DNA of 64,000 nt from Stegostoma tigrinum (GCF_030684315.1 NC_081369.1:9648035-9712034), one strand, 5' to 3'. Counted from the stretch's first letter, positions 38,850 through 53,879 are shown. Translations and numbers: made by a program. The notes: generated by a model from the letters alone, not told the origin.

Positions 38850-40765
38850 ATCTAATGATCAACATTGCCAAGTGTTGGAAAAACGGATCTGGTTCACTAA
38901 TGTCCTATAGAGGAGGAAATCTTCTGCCCTTACCTAGTCTGGCCTACATGTGACTCCAGACCCACAGCAACGTGGTTGACTCTCAACTACCCTCAGAAAT
39001 GGCCGAGCAAGCCACTCAGATGTACCAATCGCTAAAAAGCCTCAAAGAAATGAAACTGGACAGATCACCTGTCATCGACCTAGGTACTGGAAAAGACAAG
39101 AGCAGAAACAGCCCTGTCGACCACGCAAAGTCCTCCTAGGTGTTTCTGCCAAAATTGGGCGAGCTGTCTCACAGGCTACTCAAGAAACAGCCTGACATGG
39201 CCATACTCAAGGAATCATATCTTACAAACCGAGTCCCAGGCACCACCATCACCATTTCTGTATATGCCATGTCTCACTGACTGGACAGACCTAGTAGAGG
39301 GGGCGGAACAGTGGTTAACAATTGGCAGGGTGTTGTTCTAGGAGACCTCAACATTGACTCTGGACCCCATGAAGTCTCATGGCTTCAGGTTAAATACAGG
39401 AAAGGAAACATCCTGCTGATTACCACATGCCTTCCTCCATTAGCTGATGAATCAATGTTGAATAATACTTAGAGAAAGCACTGAGGATGGCGAGGGCACA
39501 AAATGTACTCTGGGTGGGGGATTTCAATGTCCACTACCGAGAGTGTCCTGGCAGTAATACTACTAATCGAGATGGTCATAGCTAAAGGACATAGCTGCTA
39601 GACTGGGTCTGATGGCAGGTGGTGAGGGAGCCAACAAGAGGGAAAAACACACTTGGCTTCATCCTTACTAATTTTCCAGCTGCAGTTGCAACTCTCCTTG
39701 ATAATATCGGTAACAGTGACCATTGCACAGTCCATGTGGAGACGAAGTCCCACCTTCACTTGGAGAACAACCTCCACAGTGTTGTGTGGGTCTGTCACTG
39801 TGCTGAATAAGACAAACTTCGCACAGCTCTCGCAACTCAAGTCTGGGCATCCATGAGGTGCTGTGGCTATAAACAGCAGCAGAATTTTACTCCAGCACAA
39901 TCTATAGCCTCATGGCCTGGCATATCCCCCACTCATCCATTTCCATCAAGCTAGGGTTCAACTCTGGTTCAACAAAGAGTGCAGGAGGGCATGCCAGGAG
40001 CTGCACCAGGTGTACCTGAAATGAGGTGTCAACCTGGTGAAGCCACCAAACAGGACTACTTGCACACCAAACAATGAAAGCAGCAAGTCATAGACAGAGC
40101 TAAGTGATCCCACAACCAATGGATCCGATCTAAGCTCTGCAGTCTTGCAACACACATTCGTGAATGGCAGTGAACAATTAAACAACTCACTGGAGGAGGA
40201 AGCTCCTCAAATATCCCCAACCTCAATGATGAAAGAGCCCAGCACATCAGTACAAAAGATAAGGCTGAAGCATTTGCAGCCATCTTCAGTCAAAAGTGCT
40301 GAGTGGACGATCCATCTTGGGCTCCTCCAGTGGTTCCCAGCATTACAGATTCCAGTCTTCAGCCAATTTGATTCACTCCACCTGATATAAAGAAACAATT
40401 GGAGACACTGAATACTGCCAAGACTACCGGCCCTGACAACATTCTGGCAACAGTACTGAAGGCTTGTGCTCCAGAACTTGCCGCTCCCCTATCCAGTACA
40501 GTTACAAGGCTGGTATCTACTCAACAATGTGGAAGCTTGCCCAAGTATGTCCTGTACACAAAAAAAGGACAAGTCCGACCTATTCAATTACCACCTGATC
40601 ATCCTACTGTGAATCATCAGTAAAGTAGTGGAAGGTGTCATCAACAGTACTATCAAGCTGCACCTGCTCAGTGATGCCCAGTTTGGATTCCTCCAGAGCC
40701 ACTCAGCTCCTGACCTCATTGCAGACTTGTTTCAAACATGGGCAAAAGAGCTGAATTCCAGAGGA
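38850..40765 (+). mobile_element. Degenerate CR1/L2-group LINE (APE plus N-terminal RT), 3'-truncated; a different family
   Basis: GDFNVH, PTRGKNTL, NSDH, GPDNI, LKACAPELA, QFGF and SAPDL remnants; stops abruptly after KELNSRG. Confidence 0.8.
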
Positions 40766-41452
40766 ATCAGAAATCAGTTAACGCTTCAATTTCCCATGTT
40801 TGACTCCAAAGCTGCAGCTATTAATTTTGGACTCGATTCTCTCTGCTCAGTTCAAGCTGAAGAGTAGCCTCTTCCCCAATGCACTGAATTCACACGCTGC
40901 TCTAAATTCCCAATATCACATTCTTAGTGGCGCCATACCTCAGTCTCCAAGCTGTTTGTTTGAAGCATATTGATTAAATTATTATTGTAAATTTAAAAGA
41001 AAAATTCAATATTATTTTCATTACAAACGTGGTTCAAAATATATTTGGCAGCAGATGCAATGCTGCTGAAGAATTTTTTTATGAAAGAGGAAAGACAATT
41101 ATCTGGTGGCAAATACACCAAGGTAGGAGTTATACATATATTCATTTTATCCTGCTCTTGGCAGCAGTTATCCGAAATGCAAACACTTTGATAACGCCTC
41201 CATAGAGTGGGAAATTATAGCTTTAAATTTATACTTCTGGTAACCACAGATGTCAATATCTATATTTATGAAAGCCCAACAGTTATGCGCTTGATTTCCA
41301 GAATGGGTGAACCTGATCAATGTAAACTCACCAATGTATAAACTGCTGATAAAATCAAGTAGCTGCAGCGTCAGCAGCTTCTTCCTGATCCATTCATTAG
41401 ATATGAAAAGCTCCAGAAAAAACTCAAAGGTGAAAACATGAAGTTCAGAGCA

Positions 41453-41595
41453 GAGATAATGGGAACTACAGATGCTGGAGAATCTGAGATAATAAGGTGT
41501 GGAGCTGGATGAACACAGCAGGCCAAGCAGCATCTTAGGAGCATAAAAGCTGACGTTTCGGACCTAGACCCTTCATCTGAAAAGCTTTTCTGATG
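41453..41595 (-). mobile_element. Penelope terminus fragment
   Basis: gagataatgggaact.cagatgctggagaatc... conserved end. Confidence 0.75.
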
Positions 41596-42256
41596 AAATA
41601 CTAACATAACAGTCTCAACAAGGGACGAGCAGAGATTAATGGATTTAGGCCACTCTGGCACTCACAAACCCAGAGAAAAAGGGGAAAAACGAACAAAAAT
41701 GTAAGAAGAGAGCATGCCCAGCTGTAGAAACAAAAGCAGAGGACTGACAGGCACACTACGTAAAAACGCAAAACATTATTAGCCATTAGTATTCATCTAA
41801 CATATAGCGGGAGTGATGTGTGTACTGTGCAAATTCATTCTTCTGGATTATGACAGAAAGCAGGCTGTAACTATTACATACAGATCAATTATTTGATTAA
41901 TTGCCTTTTAGTTACCTCTGATAAATTGAGTTGCTAATCAACCTTATCTTAAATCTGTTTGATTTAATTAACAAATACATTGCGATGGTTCACTAAAACC
42001 TTGGTCTCCCAAATTATTAATAATTATGAAGTTAAAAAAATCCGATCACTTAGAGAAAGACACTTTGCAATCAGTTATAGCAATTAATAGGGCAAAATAT
42101 GTTTGCTGATTTATGCCTGCGTTATTCGTACTGTTTTCTTCCAACCTAGGCAACCTTGAGAAGTGAAGCAGGAGTAATTGAATTCCACCGACCTTTTGAA
42201 ATATGCAGAAGTTGACTTCTAATTCTGTTACGCCATCCCAACCTTCAACCACTCAG

Positions 42257-42329
42257 GTGACCTGTGAAATCATAGAAACCGGCATCGAAGAAAGCAAATA
42301 TGCAACTCTTATGATTGTGTGGACATTTG
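42257..42329 (+). other. Orphan cytoplasmic-type exon with ITIM-like SKYATL
   Basis: cactcag| then VTCEIIETGIEESKYATLMIVWTF, then G|gtaagt (consensus donor); phase 0 to 1. Confidence 0.45.
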
Positions 42330-42788
42330 GTAAGTGCTTGTTTTATTGTTTCTTTTTTTCTCTGATTCAAATTTTCAAATGGTCACTCTGTTAAAAAAAA
42401 AATGACCAGACCTTCATGTTGCCTGCCACTTCTACACAGACTGCACTCCTGAACCAACTTGCCTGCCTCTGGCCAGCTGAAACAATGACGCCCCATCTTC
42501 GGTCTCGACACACTGCAGCCTTCAGCACTCAGCTTCGATTTCAAGCTCTTCCGATTTGAAAGACCTCCCCCACACCTAAAGGTTCAGCTTTGCATGGGTT
42601 TCTCCCTGGACAGCCAACCCATTTTCAAGTACTGACCCTTCTTGTTAGCTTCCCACCTAATATTCACCTGTTTTGCCACTTACACTCAGCTATCTATTTG
42701 TGTGCCTATCCCTTTCCAGTGCTTGTCGGTTCCGATGATGGGTCTCTTTACTCGAAACGCTCATTCTGTTTTTCTCTTAGCAGATGCT

Positions 42789-44017
42789 GCCTGATTTGCT
42801 CTGTTTCTACAGAACTGTTTGTTTTTGTTTAAGTAACGGATGTGGTTGAATAGCTGGGTTCGAGCCAGCCAAGTACCTGCTCCTAAATTTAATTCTGCTA
42901 ACAGCAAAATAACGAAAGCCTATTCTACTGTTGTACAGCGAAAGTGATTTCATATTTCATGGTGTTCCTAAAACAGCAGCTAATGTTGACATTCAATATA
43001 TACGCATTTCACAATTGTCATTTAAACCTACTTAACCTTGCGAATAGAACACGTGGGAAAGTAATGGCATGTGGGTTATCTTTTCATCTTCATAGTCGTC
43101 TGTAATTTATTTTATTCCTTAAGCACAAGTTTCAGGGCTGTTAACTTGATTAAATGCCCGGGCCGGACTGCATGGTAATAATGACTGGCAATAATGGAAC
43201 ACTTCCACCTCTATTTCACGATTTCTGGTTTTGGAAGTTGTTAAAAACCTCAATAAAGACCATCCCAAACTCTGTTTCTCCCTGATTTATGTAAATAGCC
43301 TTCCATGACCATATTCTTTGTTCCAAGCCTTCCTTGCATAATTTCTTCTTAATTTTCAGGATGAAATTTGGATATGATGTAAGAAAAAAAACATACAAGT
43401 CATTTTCGAGGAGTCCTCAATCAGAGCCCCGCACTGCGGACAGAATCTCCCACTTGTGCCTTCAAAGATTTGGCGCTTTCAATCTTACCAATCGACATTA
43501 GACAATCGGAATACTGTTGTCATATTAGAAGACATGAGCAACATTAACGTTTAGAGAGCATTTCAGGATTCAACATTGAAGGAGTACATAATTCTTAAAT
43601 ATTGAATTCCTGCATTCGTCGCAATGAGTGCACTGTCTATTATACATTCGTTTGGAAAGATAATTTTCACTATTATCTATAAAGGCAAATAAACAAGCTA
43701 ACGTGCATGCAAAGAGGATCGCGGCTGGAGATACATACTGTAAGTGTGTCTAGCTTCTTTTGTAACGGGAGTATATCACAGTGGCAGATTTAATATCACC
43801 CTGCCAACTTATTATAAGGAAAATCATTGCTGTTTTAGTAACACCATGAAATATGAAATCACTTTTGCTGTGCAACACTAGAAGAGACTTTCGTTATTTT
43901 GTTATTAGCAGAGTTAAATTTAGGAGCAGGTGCATGGCCGGCTCGAACACAGCTATTCAATCACATCCGGTACTTAAACAAAAACACATAGTTCTATAGA
44001 AACAGAGCAAATCAGGC
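42789..44017. repeat. About 130-bp inverted repeat (42789-42918 vs 43888-44017)
   Basis: The arms are diverged reverse complements separated by a spacer of about 970 bp. Confidence 0.85.
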
Positions 44018-44891
44018 TGCCAGAAATTGTTGTTGGTTTATATCAAAGTCAAAATATGATTGGCATAAAGATACATATCAAACCAATCATCCACTTAATA
44101 GACTTGATATGTCATAACATTAACAATGAATATTTTCTCAATGGTGCACCTGTCATACAGACAGCGAGCTAAGAATATTATTCTGAAGGTGACCATTTGA
44201 AGCTCCAGAACTTGTAGGCAGAGAAATAATGAGTGACTACCTACCGCTGCAAAAGACTAGACAGGGGAGTGCGCAGGTCCTCTGAGTGCACTTCAAACAA
44301 GCCGATCTCAAAACATATCCATCGCCAATACTGGTGATGATACAGTTGCCAAATCTGTAACGATGGTACTGTTGGAACCAAACTATATAGGGCGGGGAAA
44401 ACTATCAAGAAAACACCAGTTAATAGGAGTGCATAGACATTACAAGAGCCAAAAATGTTTCCGAAATATATGGTACCCAACCTGAACAAGTGTGACTCCT
44501 TAATAACAACTTTCATCAGTGACAACTACTACTATGGTGAACGATGCAAATGAGCAACTGTGGAATGTTATGAAGGGAGAGATAGAGCCGTTGCCCATAT
44601 TACGACCAAGGAGAAACGTGAAAACACCTGACCATAATCTCTGGACAGCTCTCAGTATCAAGTGCTAATGAATTAAATATAGCAAGTGCAGCTCCGTATG
44701 TACTGAAGGTTATAGACTTCAGTCAAATTCTCAGAAAGATGAATTTATAGACATGATAATTCACGCACTTAAACAAAAACACATAGTTGTATAGAAACAG
44801 AGCAAATCAGGCTGCCAGAAATTGTTGTCAGTTTATATCGCAGTCAAAACATGATTTGCATAAAGATACATATCAAACCAATCATCCGCTT
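43972..44891 (+). repeat. About 125-bp direct repeat (43972-44096 and 44767-44891)
   Basis: acttaaacaaaaacacatagtt.tatagaaacagagcaaatcaggctgccagaaattgttgt...catatcaaaccaatcatcc is present in both copies. Confidence 0.9.
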
Positions 44892-45429
44892 CTCAACTGA
44901 ACTGGGACGAATCTCCTCAGTAGACAGAGACGTAGTAGTCTAGTATTTCAGAGATGGATTCAAGCACACAGGTGGACTTTCAACTTTGAGAAAAGTTGTA
45001 CAAAGAGTTAGGAAAGAGAAGAGCAAGAGGCTAAAACGTACTGAGATATTATGTGACATTACATTAAAAGAGAATATGATACGTTCTACATTACATACAA
45101 CGCATGTGTATAAATGCATACAGACTCGCAAACAAGGTCGTTGAATGCTGGCACCAATGCCTATACGGCAATGTGCTGCTGTGACGAAAGTAAAGACCAG
45201 ACACCAAAAATTCAGGGCTTAGTGCGAAGATAAATTGGGATACACAGTGTTTGGGAAAGATAATGAAGGAAATAGAGGTGTGTGCGTGGGGTGGTGGAGG
45301 ATGGTGACTGTTTATGAAAGGGAATAATGCAGTGTCAGAGAGACTGGAAGACTTTGATGTGAGAAGAAAAAAATCGATTGGATGTTAGCTAAGAATTAAC
45401 AGACATTCCATTGCATTAAGGTGCGTATT

Positions 45430-46760
45430 TTATAAGTAACAACTTAGTTGAAAAGGTATACAAAATCAAATTTGCAGCAAAAATCTGCTGTGTACAAATC
45501 TGAACTTACTGGTGTTTAATTACCCTTGCATTGATTAGGATAATAATAGTGCACCAGGTGGAAAGCAGGAACAGGTTTGGATGTGATCACTTCAGAGGAA
45601 AACTCTATGTTTCCATGTTAATAAGAGCATTTCATCTTGTGGAAGGAGATTATTCAAGTGATTCAAATGCAATTGCAGTACATTTCCGAACTGTCATCAA
45701 AGTAACAGTAGGTTTGATTCAAAGTGGAAAAAGACAAGGAGCAAGAGAGAACAGTGGTATTCAACTGAGGTGGGCCAATTTCAATTGCTTATCTGTCATA
45801 AAGTCTTCGTTCAAGGATTGCACCAAGCAGAATAACTGAGAGAATCAAAGCCAAAATGCCCCAGATCCTGAAACAGGTGGAAAGAAAGATGAGGCCGAAA
45901 AGAAAAACCGATTTGGAAGCAAAATTGAGTGGCAGATAGGAATTTGTGGCATGGATGAATTAATAACAGCTTACATCAGTCCCTCGAAAAAAGATTTACA
46001 GTCAAATCCCACATGAGGCAGGATGATCTTGCAGATCAAGAACCAGTGATGAAAAGGCTGGTTATAGTTGAATAAATCGTAGAGCCTGAACTAATCTATC
46101 TCGGGATGATGAAAGAAGTAACGATTCAGGTACTTCCTGCAATCCTCCCATGCAACTTAGTTCTATGACTTAACTGAGAAGCTGAAGCCATGGCACCCAT
46201 CTCTGCATGAAAAACAATCACTTGGGCAATGTGGGCTATTTAAGGAAACCCATCACGTTCTGGTAACCACAGGTTTTTTTTTCTAATTTTATTGACAGTT
46301 TTGGTGATGTTGAAGAATGAGCTGACGTGGATAATGTGATTCATCTGGTTTATGTGGACTTGGAAGAACATTTTTTTTCTTTTAAACTATAGACTTTGAT
46401 CTCATGGATGGTAAATGATACCAGACAGAAAGGTGACTGCTTCTTTTCTTTACGGTTTAATGAAAGAATAAAATTGGATTTCCCAGGGCTGATACAATAT
46501 TCATTGTTTTTCAATGTATTAATGTGTGGTGCTTCAGTGTATGGGTATAGATTCAAAGTTTCCACATGACAAAAATATGAAAGTGTTGTTAAAAAGAAGA
46601 AACTTGAAAGAGTTGGTAGAATAGATGGACAGGTACAAGATTAAATTTCAGAAAACAAAATAAAAACTGCACAGTCTTACATTTTGGCAGGAATTACAAT
46701 CAGAGTAAATATAAAGTACAATTGTAAAGGAGGTGGAAGAAGAGAGAAGCCTGGGGTGTA
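45430..46760 (+). mobile_element. Very old, decayed CR1-like fragments
   Basis: Faint remnants resembling SDH, PGPD and VDVIYLDF. Confidence 0.4.
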
Positions 46761-48894
46761 GTGAAACTACTCTACTAATGACAGATTTTTGTGATAGCTG
46801 AAGTTGCATGAAGAACCTAAAATGGATCGCCCACTGAGCACTTCTAGCAGAGCGAGACTGGAAATACTTTAAGAACTTGTCTTCTGCACTTATTGAATAG
46901 GCTTTATTTTGTCAATGTGGATAAGGATGTGCATGCAGCCTTCTTCTCCTTCCTTTGGATACTTAATTGTCTACACCGATTCACCCCTGGGTGCTGTGCA
47001 TCATTGTCCAAGCCTGTTGGTTGTAGGAGCAAGTTTGCCTCCAGGAAGACGCTATAGTTGTTCACCCTGCCATTAGTTAAATAGTGATATTTGAAAATGT
47101 TGTCTGGTGATGATGATAACAAATTTCCCTTCCCCTTGGTTTCGTTCTTGTAATCTTTGCAGGTCTCGTCTCTCACTTAGAACTATAAATGCTCGAATAG
47201 TGTGATTACTGGTGGTTTACCTAATACGTATTGGCGATGGACATTGACTTCCTCCCACCCAGATTAAATTCTGTGCCCTTTTGGGCGATCCTGAACATGC
47301 ACGATTATTCAAGTTTCAGTTGCAGTTCAAGAACTGCCTCAGAAGCCACAGAACAACAGTTCGAAATGGAAGCAGGTAGAAACTCATAACAACCAGCCTA
47401 TGTTGCCATTGCCCCAATGAAATTCCTGTGCATGTCCAACTACCAGGTGAACAGCAACACATCGATTTAATCTTGAAGGAGAATAGCGTTTTCTTTATCA
47501 TGATCGTAATGATGATATACGATTGCATGGATTTGTACATCAATGTTCAAGTCTGCCTAGGCAGTTCCCTTCTGATTCATGGATTTCCTTCACTCAAAGT
47601 GCTTGTAGGTTGAAACTTAAAAAGAATTGAAGTAATGAAGACCCTAGTTTTGAAGTGTCCTTGATGATAGCCAGTTGAAATGAAGATTTATTATCTTACA
47701 AAATTTCAATGTAGTGATTCCCATTATCTTTTGTAGTAATATTAGCCTTCAATAGATAGTAGTAAAGTCGACAAGAAACAATTCAATTTTAGATAAGATA
47801 TTAATCAATCTGTGTCCCTACTGGAAATAATTTCTATCATCAGTTGCATCCTGGTGGATGTGAAAGATGTGAAAAGTTTAGATATGCATTTTCAACCTGA
47901 CTTGAAGTAGAATAGCTAAGGAGAAATTGTATTCAAATGACAACAGATGTTTATTGCCAGACATCTGACAATGCTCTACAAATTATAGGCTCAAACTTCT
48001 ATGTAAAAAGAACATATGAGAAAATATTGGAGATGGATTACCCCACAACAACTCTTTATGGAGTTAAAGATCAAATATTTTTAAAGAAGACCTTAAGCAG
48101 GGCTGAATGAGCATATCATAAAAAAATACAAAGTAAGTTATTTAAATAAAAAGGATTTATTTATTTATTTGTTCCAATTTGAGTGCATTAAAATGTTTCT
48201 CAGTTATGCTGAACACACAGGTAAAATGCTGTTATCGTTTACAGATAGGCCATGTAGCCAAATACGTGTGTTGCTGAACAGATAGTAAATTCAGATTCTT
48301 ATCAGAAGCTTGAATGCCGAGTGAATTTCGCAACATGCTGAGCTTCTCGACAATATATTGGATAAGAAAACAAAAACAAAAATAGCCTCATAAGGCTACA
48401 AGGTTAATAAAAATAATAAAAGCATGGTCTAGCAGAGAGGCTGGGGGCTGTACATAAGACGAAGAATGCCATACACCCTTCCTCTGAGGAATCTGCTGCA
48501 GAGATATTTTGATTAATCTAATCAGGTCATGTCGGAATTCAAGTAATGCACTGCCTATGTGTTTCTCAACGCAAGCAAGTCTAATGATTTTTCTGTCTGG
48601 TGTCCTGCTTTAAAATCTCTCTGAGGTAGAGCTCTTGCATGGTGATGGAATAACAAATTATCAAATCCCTTATCCTGAGACTCCTGAGATTATTTCATCC
48701 AATAACTTTCAACAGCATTCTGCAAACAAAAAGAGGCAATGTTTGCACAATATACCCAATTTCAGAACTGATTACGGCTACCACACTGAGTCCAACCAAG
48801 ATAGTTCAGAGATTCAGCTGAACTCCATATTCTAAAGGAAAGATAAAAGTGAGCAGATGGATAGAGATGGGGCAGAGAGTGAAAGGGAGAAAGT

Positions 48895-48925
48895 GAGTGA
48901 GAGAAAAAGAGAGAGAGAGAGAGAG
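48895..48925 (+). repeat. (GA)n microsatellite
   Basis: Visible GA run. Confidence 0.8.
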
Positions 48926-49267
48926 ATAAAGATAATAAGAAAGAAAAATGGATGAATGATAGTGTGCCAGAGAGGGACAAATGTTGTTAAGGGAGTCCAT
49001 AAGTATATGACAGCATCAGCGCTGCTTCCATTTTTCATTCAGAATTGGACAAAAGTTATTAATATTGCATTAAATTTTTGCATTGCTCTCATCTTCACCT
49101 GGTCCAAGCATGATTTCTGCCTTGTATTCCTTGGCATTTTTTCATTTCTGGGGATTCTTTCTCCATAGATATCCAATACACATCACTGACTCCCACAGTT
49201 AACTGGACTATTTATCCTCACACCCAGTTTTCTAAGAAGACTCCATTCTATTCACATGGTTCTCCAC

Positions 49268-51680
49268 AGAACACTACAGGCCCTTCAGCCCACGATGCTG
49301 TGCCAAACTTTTACCCGAAACCTAAGGTCTATCTAACCTCCACCCCTACCTTATACTATCATCCATATGCCTATCTAATAGTTGCTTAAATGCCCCTAAT
49401 GAGGCTGACTCTACGAGCCTCTCCAGCAATGCATTCCATGCCACTACCGCTCTCTGAGTAAAGAATGTACTTCTGACATCTCCCTGGTATCTACCTACTT
49501 TCACTTTAAAACTATGCCCCCTCGTAATAACTACTTCCACCCTAGGAAAACATCTCTGGATTTCCACTCTATCTATACTTATGATCATTTTGTACACCCA
49601 TATCAAGTCACCTCTCATCCTTTGTCTTTCTAAAGAGAAAGGCCCTGGCTCTCTCAACCTTTCCTCGTAAGACCTTCCCTTCATTTCAGGCAACATCCTT
49701 TGTTAATCTCCTTTGCAACTTTTCCAATGCTTCCACATCTTTCCTGTAATGAGGCCACCAGAACGGGACATAATACTCCAGATGTGGCCGAACCAGGATT
49801 TTGTATATCTGGAGCATAACTTCATGGCTCTTGAACTCAATCCCTCTATTAATGAGAGCTAACACACCATATGCCTTCCTAACAACTCTATCCACCTTGG
49901 TGGCTGCTTTCGGGGAGCTGCAGACGTGAACCCCAAGACCTGTCTGTTCCTCCACACTGCCAAGAATCTTTCCATTTGCCCTGTATTCATGCTTTCAAGT
50001 TTGTCTTTGCAGAATGAATCACCTGACACTCATCAGAGTTAGATTCCATCTGCCACTTCTCAGAACAGCTCTGCATCCTATCAATGTCTCTTTGTATCGT
50101 CGAACGGCCCTCCGCACTATCCACAACTCAACCCACCTAGTTTTGTCTGCAAACTTACTAATGCACCCTTCTACTCCTACATCCAAATCATTTACAAAAA
50201 TCACAAATAGAAGAGGATCCAGAACAGATCGTTGTGTAATGCCACTCATAACTGAGCATCATGTTGAGTATTTTCTGTCCACCAGCACCCTTTGTCTCTA
50301 AGGGTCAACCAACTCTGAATCAAATCTGCCACATTTCCCCTAACCCATGCCTTCTTATTTTCTGCATGAGCCTACCATGGGGAATCTTATCAAACACCTT
50401 ACCTAAATCCATGTACACTGCACCCCCTGCTCTACCTTCATCCACATGTTTGGTCACCTCTTCAATGAATTCAATAAGGTTTGTGAGACATGATCTACCC
50501 CTCAAAAATCCATACGGACTATCTGGGATCAAACTGTATCCATCTAAGTGATCATCAATCCTATCTCTCAGAGCTCTTTCCAATAATTTGCACACCACTG
50601 AAGTAAGAGTAACTGGCCTGTAATTTCCAGGATGATCCTATTCCCTTTTTGAGCAAGGGAATGACGTTTGCTACTCTCCAATCTTCTTGCACCATACCCA
50701 TCGACAGTGAGGATGAAAAGATCATTGCCAAAGGCCCTGAAATCTCTTCCCTCACTTCCCAAAGAATCCTTGGATTAATCCCAACAGGCCCGGGGGACTT
50801 CAGGTTCTGCAAAATTCCTAGTACAGCATCCTTACTAATGTTGACCTCCTCTAGCCAGCAGCCTGTTTCACATTGCCCTCCCCTACAACTAGATCCCTCT
50901 CAGCTGTGAATACTGAAGAAAAGTATTCATTAAGGACCTCTGCAATCTCTTTAGGCTCCGTGCACGAATTCCCTTTACAATCCTTGATCAGCCCTACCCT
51001 TACTCTTATTCCTCATGCATGTGTAAAAAATGCCTTAGAATTTTCCTTGATTGTATCTATCAAGGTTTTCTCATGCCCTGTTGTAGCTCTCCCAAGTCCT
51101 TTCTTCAGCTCCTTCCTGGATAACTTGTATCCCTCTACAGCATTTTTCGATGCTTGTTTCCTCAACCTTCTATAAGCATCCTTCTTCCTCCTAACTAGTT
51201 CAACTTCTTTCAAGAACCAAGGCTCCCTCACTTGACCACATCTTCCCTGCCTTCTAGGGATAAACATAGTGATCACACGCAGTATGCATTCCTTAAACAA
51301 TCTCCACATTTCTATTATGCTCTTCCCTGACAGCATCTATTCCAATTTTGTTACTCAGTTCTTGCCTAACAGAAGTATAATTACTCTTCCCCTAGTTATA
51401 AACCTTACCCTGCTGTATGTACCTATCCTTTTCCTTTACTATTGTAATCGTACAGAGCTATGATAGCTACTGCCAAAACATTCTACTACCAATAGGTCTA
51501 ACACTTGGCCCAGTACATTGTCAAGCACCAAATCCAAAGTGGCCTCTCCTCATGTTGGTCTATCTATATACTGTGTGAGGAATCCTTCCTGAATGCACTG
51601 GGCAAAATCCGCTCCATCTAAACTATTACAACTAAAAAGTTTTCATTCATTATTTGGAAAGTTGAAGTCAACCATGACTG
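49268..51680 (-). mobile_element. Degenerate CR1 LINE ORF2 (end of APE plus RT), same family as 631-2618
   Basis: Frameshifted fragments EPW, KSPGP, WRVANVIP, SCLTNLIEF, FADK and RPHLEY, with the same 3' tail. Confidence 0.93.
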
Positions 51681-51699
51681 CGACCCTGTGACTTCTGCA

Positions 51700-52865
51700 C
51701 CATCTCTGTTGATGATGCGACCTTCTGCGGGAGTGTCAGAAATATCCAACAATTTTTTCAATTTACAATTCCCTATCAATGTGTTTGACAGGGGCCTTAG
51801 CTGGTACCAACAAATTTTGTGCACTTCTGATCTTAATATTTTCCTTCTGTCCCACAAAACTGATAGAGTCTCCAGACCCTCATAATCCTTTCCACCTACA
51901 TCTGCATTCAAAGGATTTTAGCCTCCATTTCTGCCATCTGCAGCCATCAGACATGCATTCCCAACTGCTCCCAGATCAGTATTTGGCAGAGGCCACTTCT
52001 TGCAAGACAAATTGTGCCACTTCTACTTTAGTACCAACACCTGGCCACACGCCTCTGGCACTTTCACATGCAATTGCAAAAAAAAAGCAAAATCTTGTAA
52101 TTTGTTTCCTCCCTCCTCTCTGTCCAAGCCTTCAGGCACACCTCCAAAGTGAAACAGTCATTAACCTGCACTTTGCTGAATTTAGTCTCCTGTATTCGCT
52201 TCTGACAATGTGGTCTCTCTGATAAGTGATAATGGGAACTGCAGATGATGGAGAATCCAAGATAACAAAGTGTGGAGCTGGATGAACACAGCAGGCCAAG
52301 CAGCATCTCAGGAGCACAAAAGCTGAGGTTTCAGGCCTAGACCCTTCATCAGAGGAGTGAAGAGTCTGATGAATGGTCTAGGCCCGAAATGTCAGCTTTT
52401 GTGCTCCTGAGATGCTGCTTGGCCTGCTGTGTTCATCCAGCTCCACACTTTGTTATGTGGTCTCTCATCCTTTTCCACTTGGAAACACTGCAGCCTTCAG
52501 GACTCAATATCAAGTTTGATAATTTTAGGATCTGAATACTTTATTCAAGGTTTTTTTCTCACTCGACGCCCCAGGCACTGAAATGACACGGGCTGCTTTC
52601 AACATAGCTAATAGATTTTAATGCACTTATGGTCCCCTTATCTCTCTGGGATCTATTTCTGCCTTTTGACACTTTTCACCCACCACCCCTCTCCCCATCC
52701 CCAGGCATCAGTAAATAATCCACCTTTTTCATGGTTAAGGTCACTTCTGAATAAAGGCACTGGACTCAAAACATTCACTCTGGTTTCTCTGCACAGATGC
52801 TGCTGTGTTTCCAGCAATTTCTGCTTTTGTTTCAGATTTCCAGTATCCCCATTTCTTTGCTTCAT
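51700..52865 (+). mobile_element. Old Penelope-like element containing a younger nested hairpin
   Basis: Decayed GIY-YIG-region sequence and terminus; insertion at about 52220-52454. Confidence 0.6.
52220..52454. mobile_element. Penelope-derived hairpin element
   Basis: About 90-bp near-perfect inverted arms; ATGTGGTCTCTC duplicated at 52208-52219 and 52455-52466. Confidence 0.85.
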
Positions 52866-53879
52866 TTTAGGTCTCTGTCGTAACTTTTCTGCTCTTTGTC
52901 AACACTTACCTTCATGCACAACACAATGAACAGAGAATAATAAATCATTTAACCTGAATTAGAAATAACTCATTTACAACATCAGCCTGTTTCAGATCAT
53001 GGCTTTCAGGATCCTCTTATATTCAGGCAGTAAAGTTCACGGAGGAGATTACAAGGAGAGAAAGAAAAATAACAGTGAACATCAAGAGATTGGTAATTGG
53101 AACAAATGTAGCCAGTGATGATTGACCAAATTGCTGAGATTCAAGATTTGTTTTTTGATATGGGAGCTGCTGGCAGCGTTAGAATTGTTTACCTATCTCT
53201 AATTGATCATGAATTGGGAAATTTGGTCAGAAATTTCAAAATCCAGTAAAAAGTTATTGCATCCTTACTGCTTCATTTTTTTTTGTGTTACGTAAATGTC
53301 AGGACAGTTAAACATGGCCGATCTACTTGCCAAAAGCAACGTTGAATAGTGGTGTTGCTGTCGTAATTGATATGATTTCTTTCAATACAGGACATTGTTT
53401 AACCAATTTTTGTTAAAACAAGTAAAAAATGTTTGGTAGTCTTCATTACTGGGACTACATTTCAAATCAATATTTATGAAATGTATTCAGAACTGACTAG
53501 CTGCTATGGAAAGATTTGAATGCATGTCGTAGAAGCATTCGTTTGCACATTTTGATTTCAAATTCATAACATGGCTTGAAATACCACAGAATCATGCAGG
53601 CTTGGAACCAATTAAGTACAGAGGATAATGGTGTCATTCTTGACTCATTATAGAACAAATAATATAGCTCTACTCACCATCTCCTTGAAGTTTTGCACTT
53701 TCTAAAATATTTTTAGATTATTAATTTATTCTCGTCTGAAGATGCCGATTGAATCTGCCCTCACCACAGGTGGAAACAAAAATAAACATTTTCTGAGTAA
53801 AAGCTTCTTTATTTTCGTACTTCCATTGCTTCCTTTGCCTAAAGCAGTACACCAGTGCACCAGCATCTTGATCTTTCCG

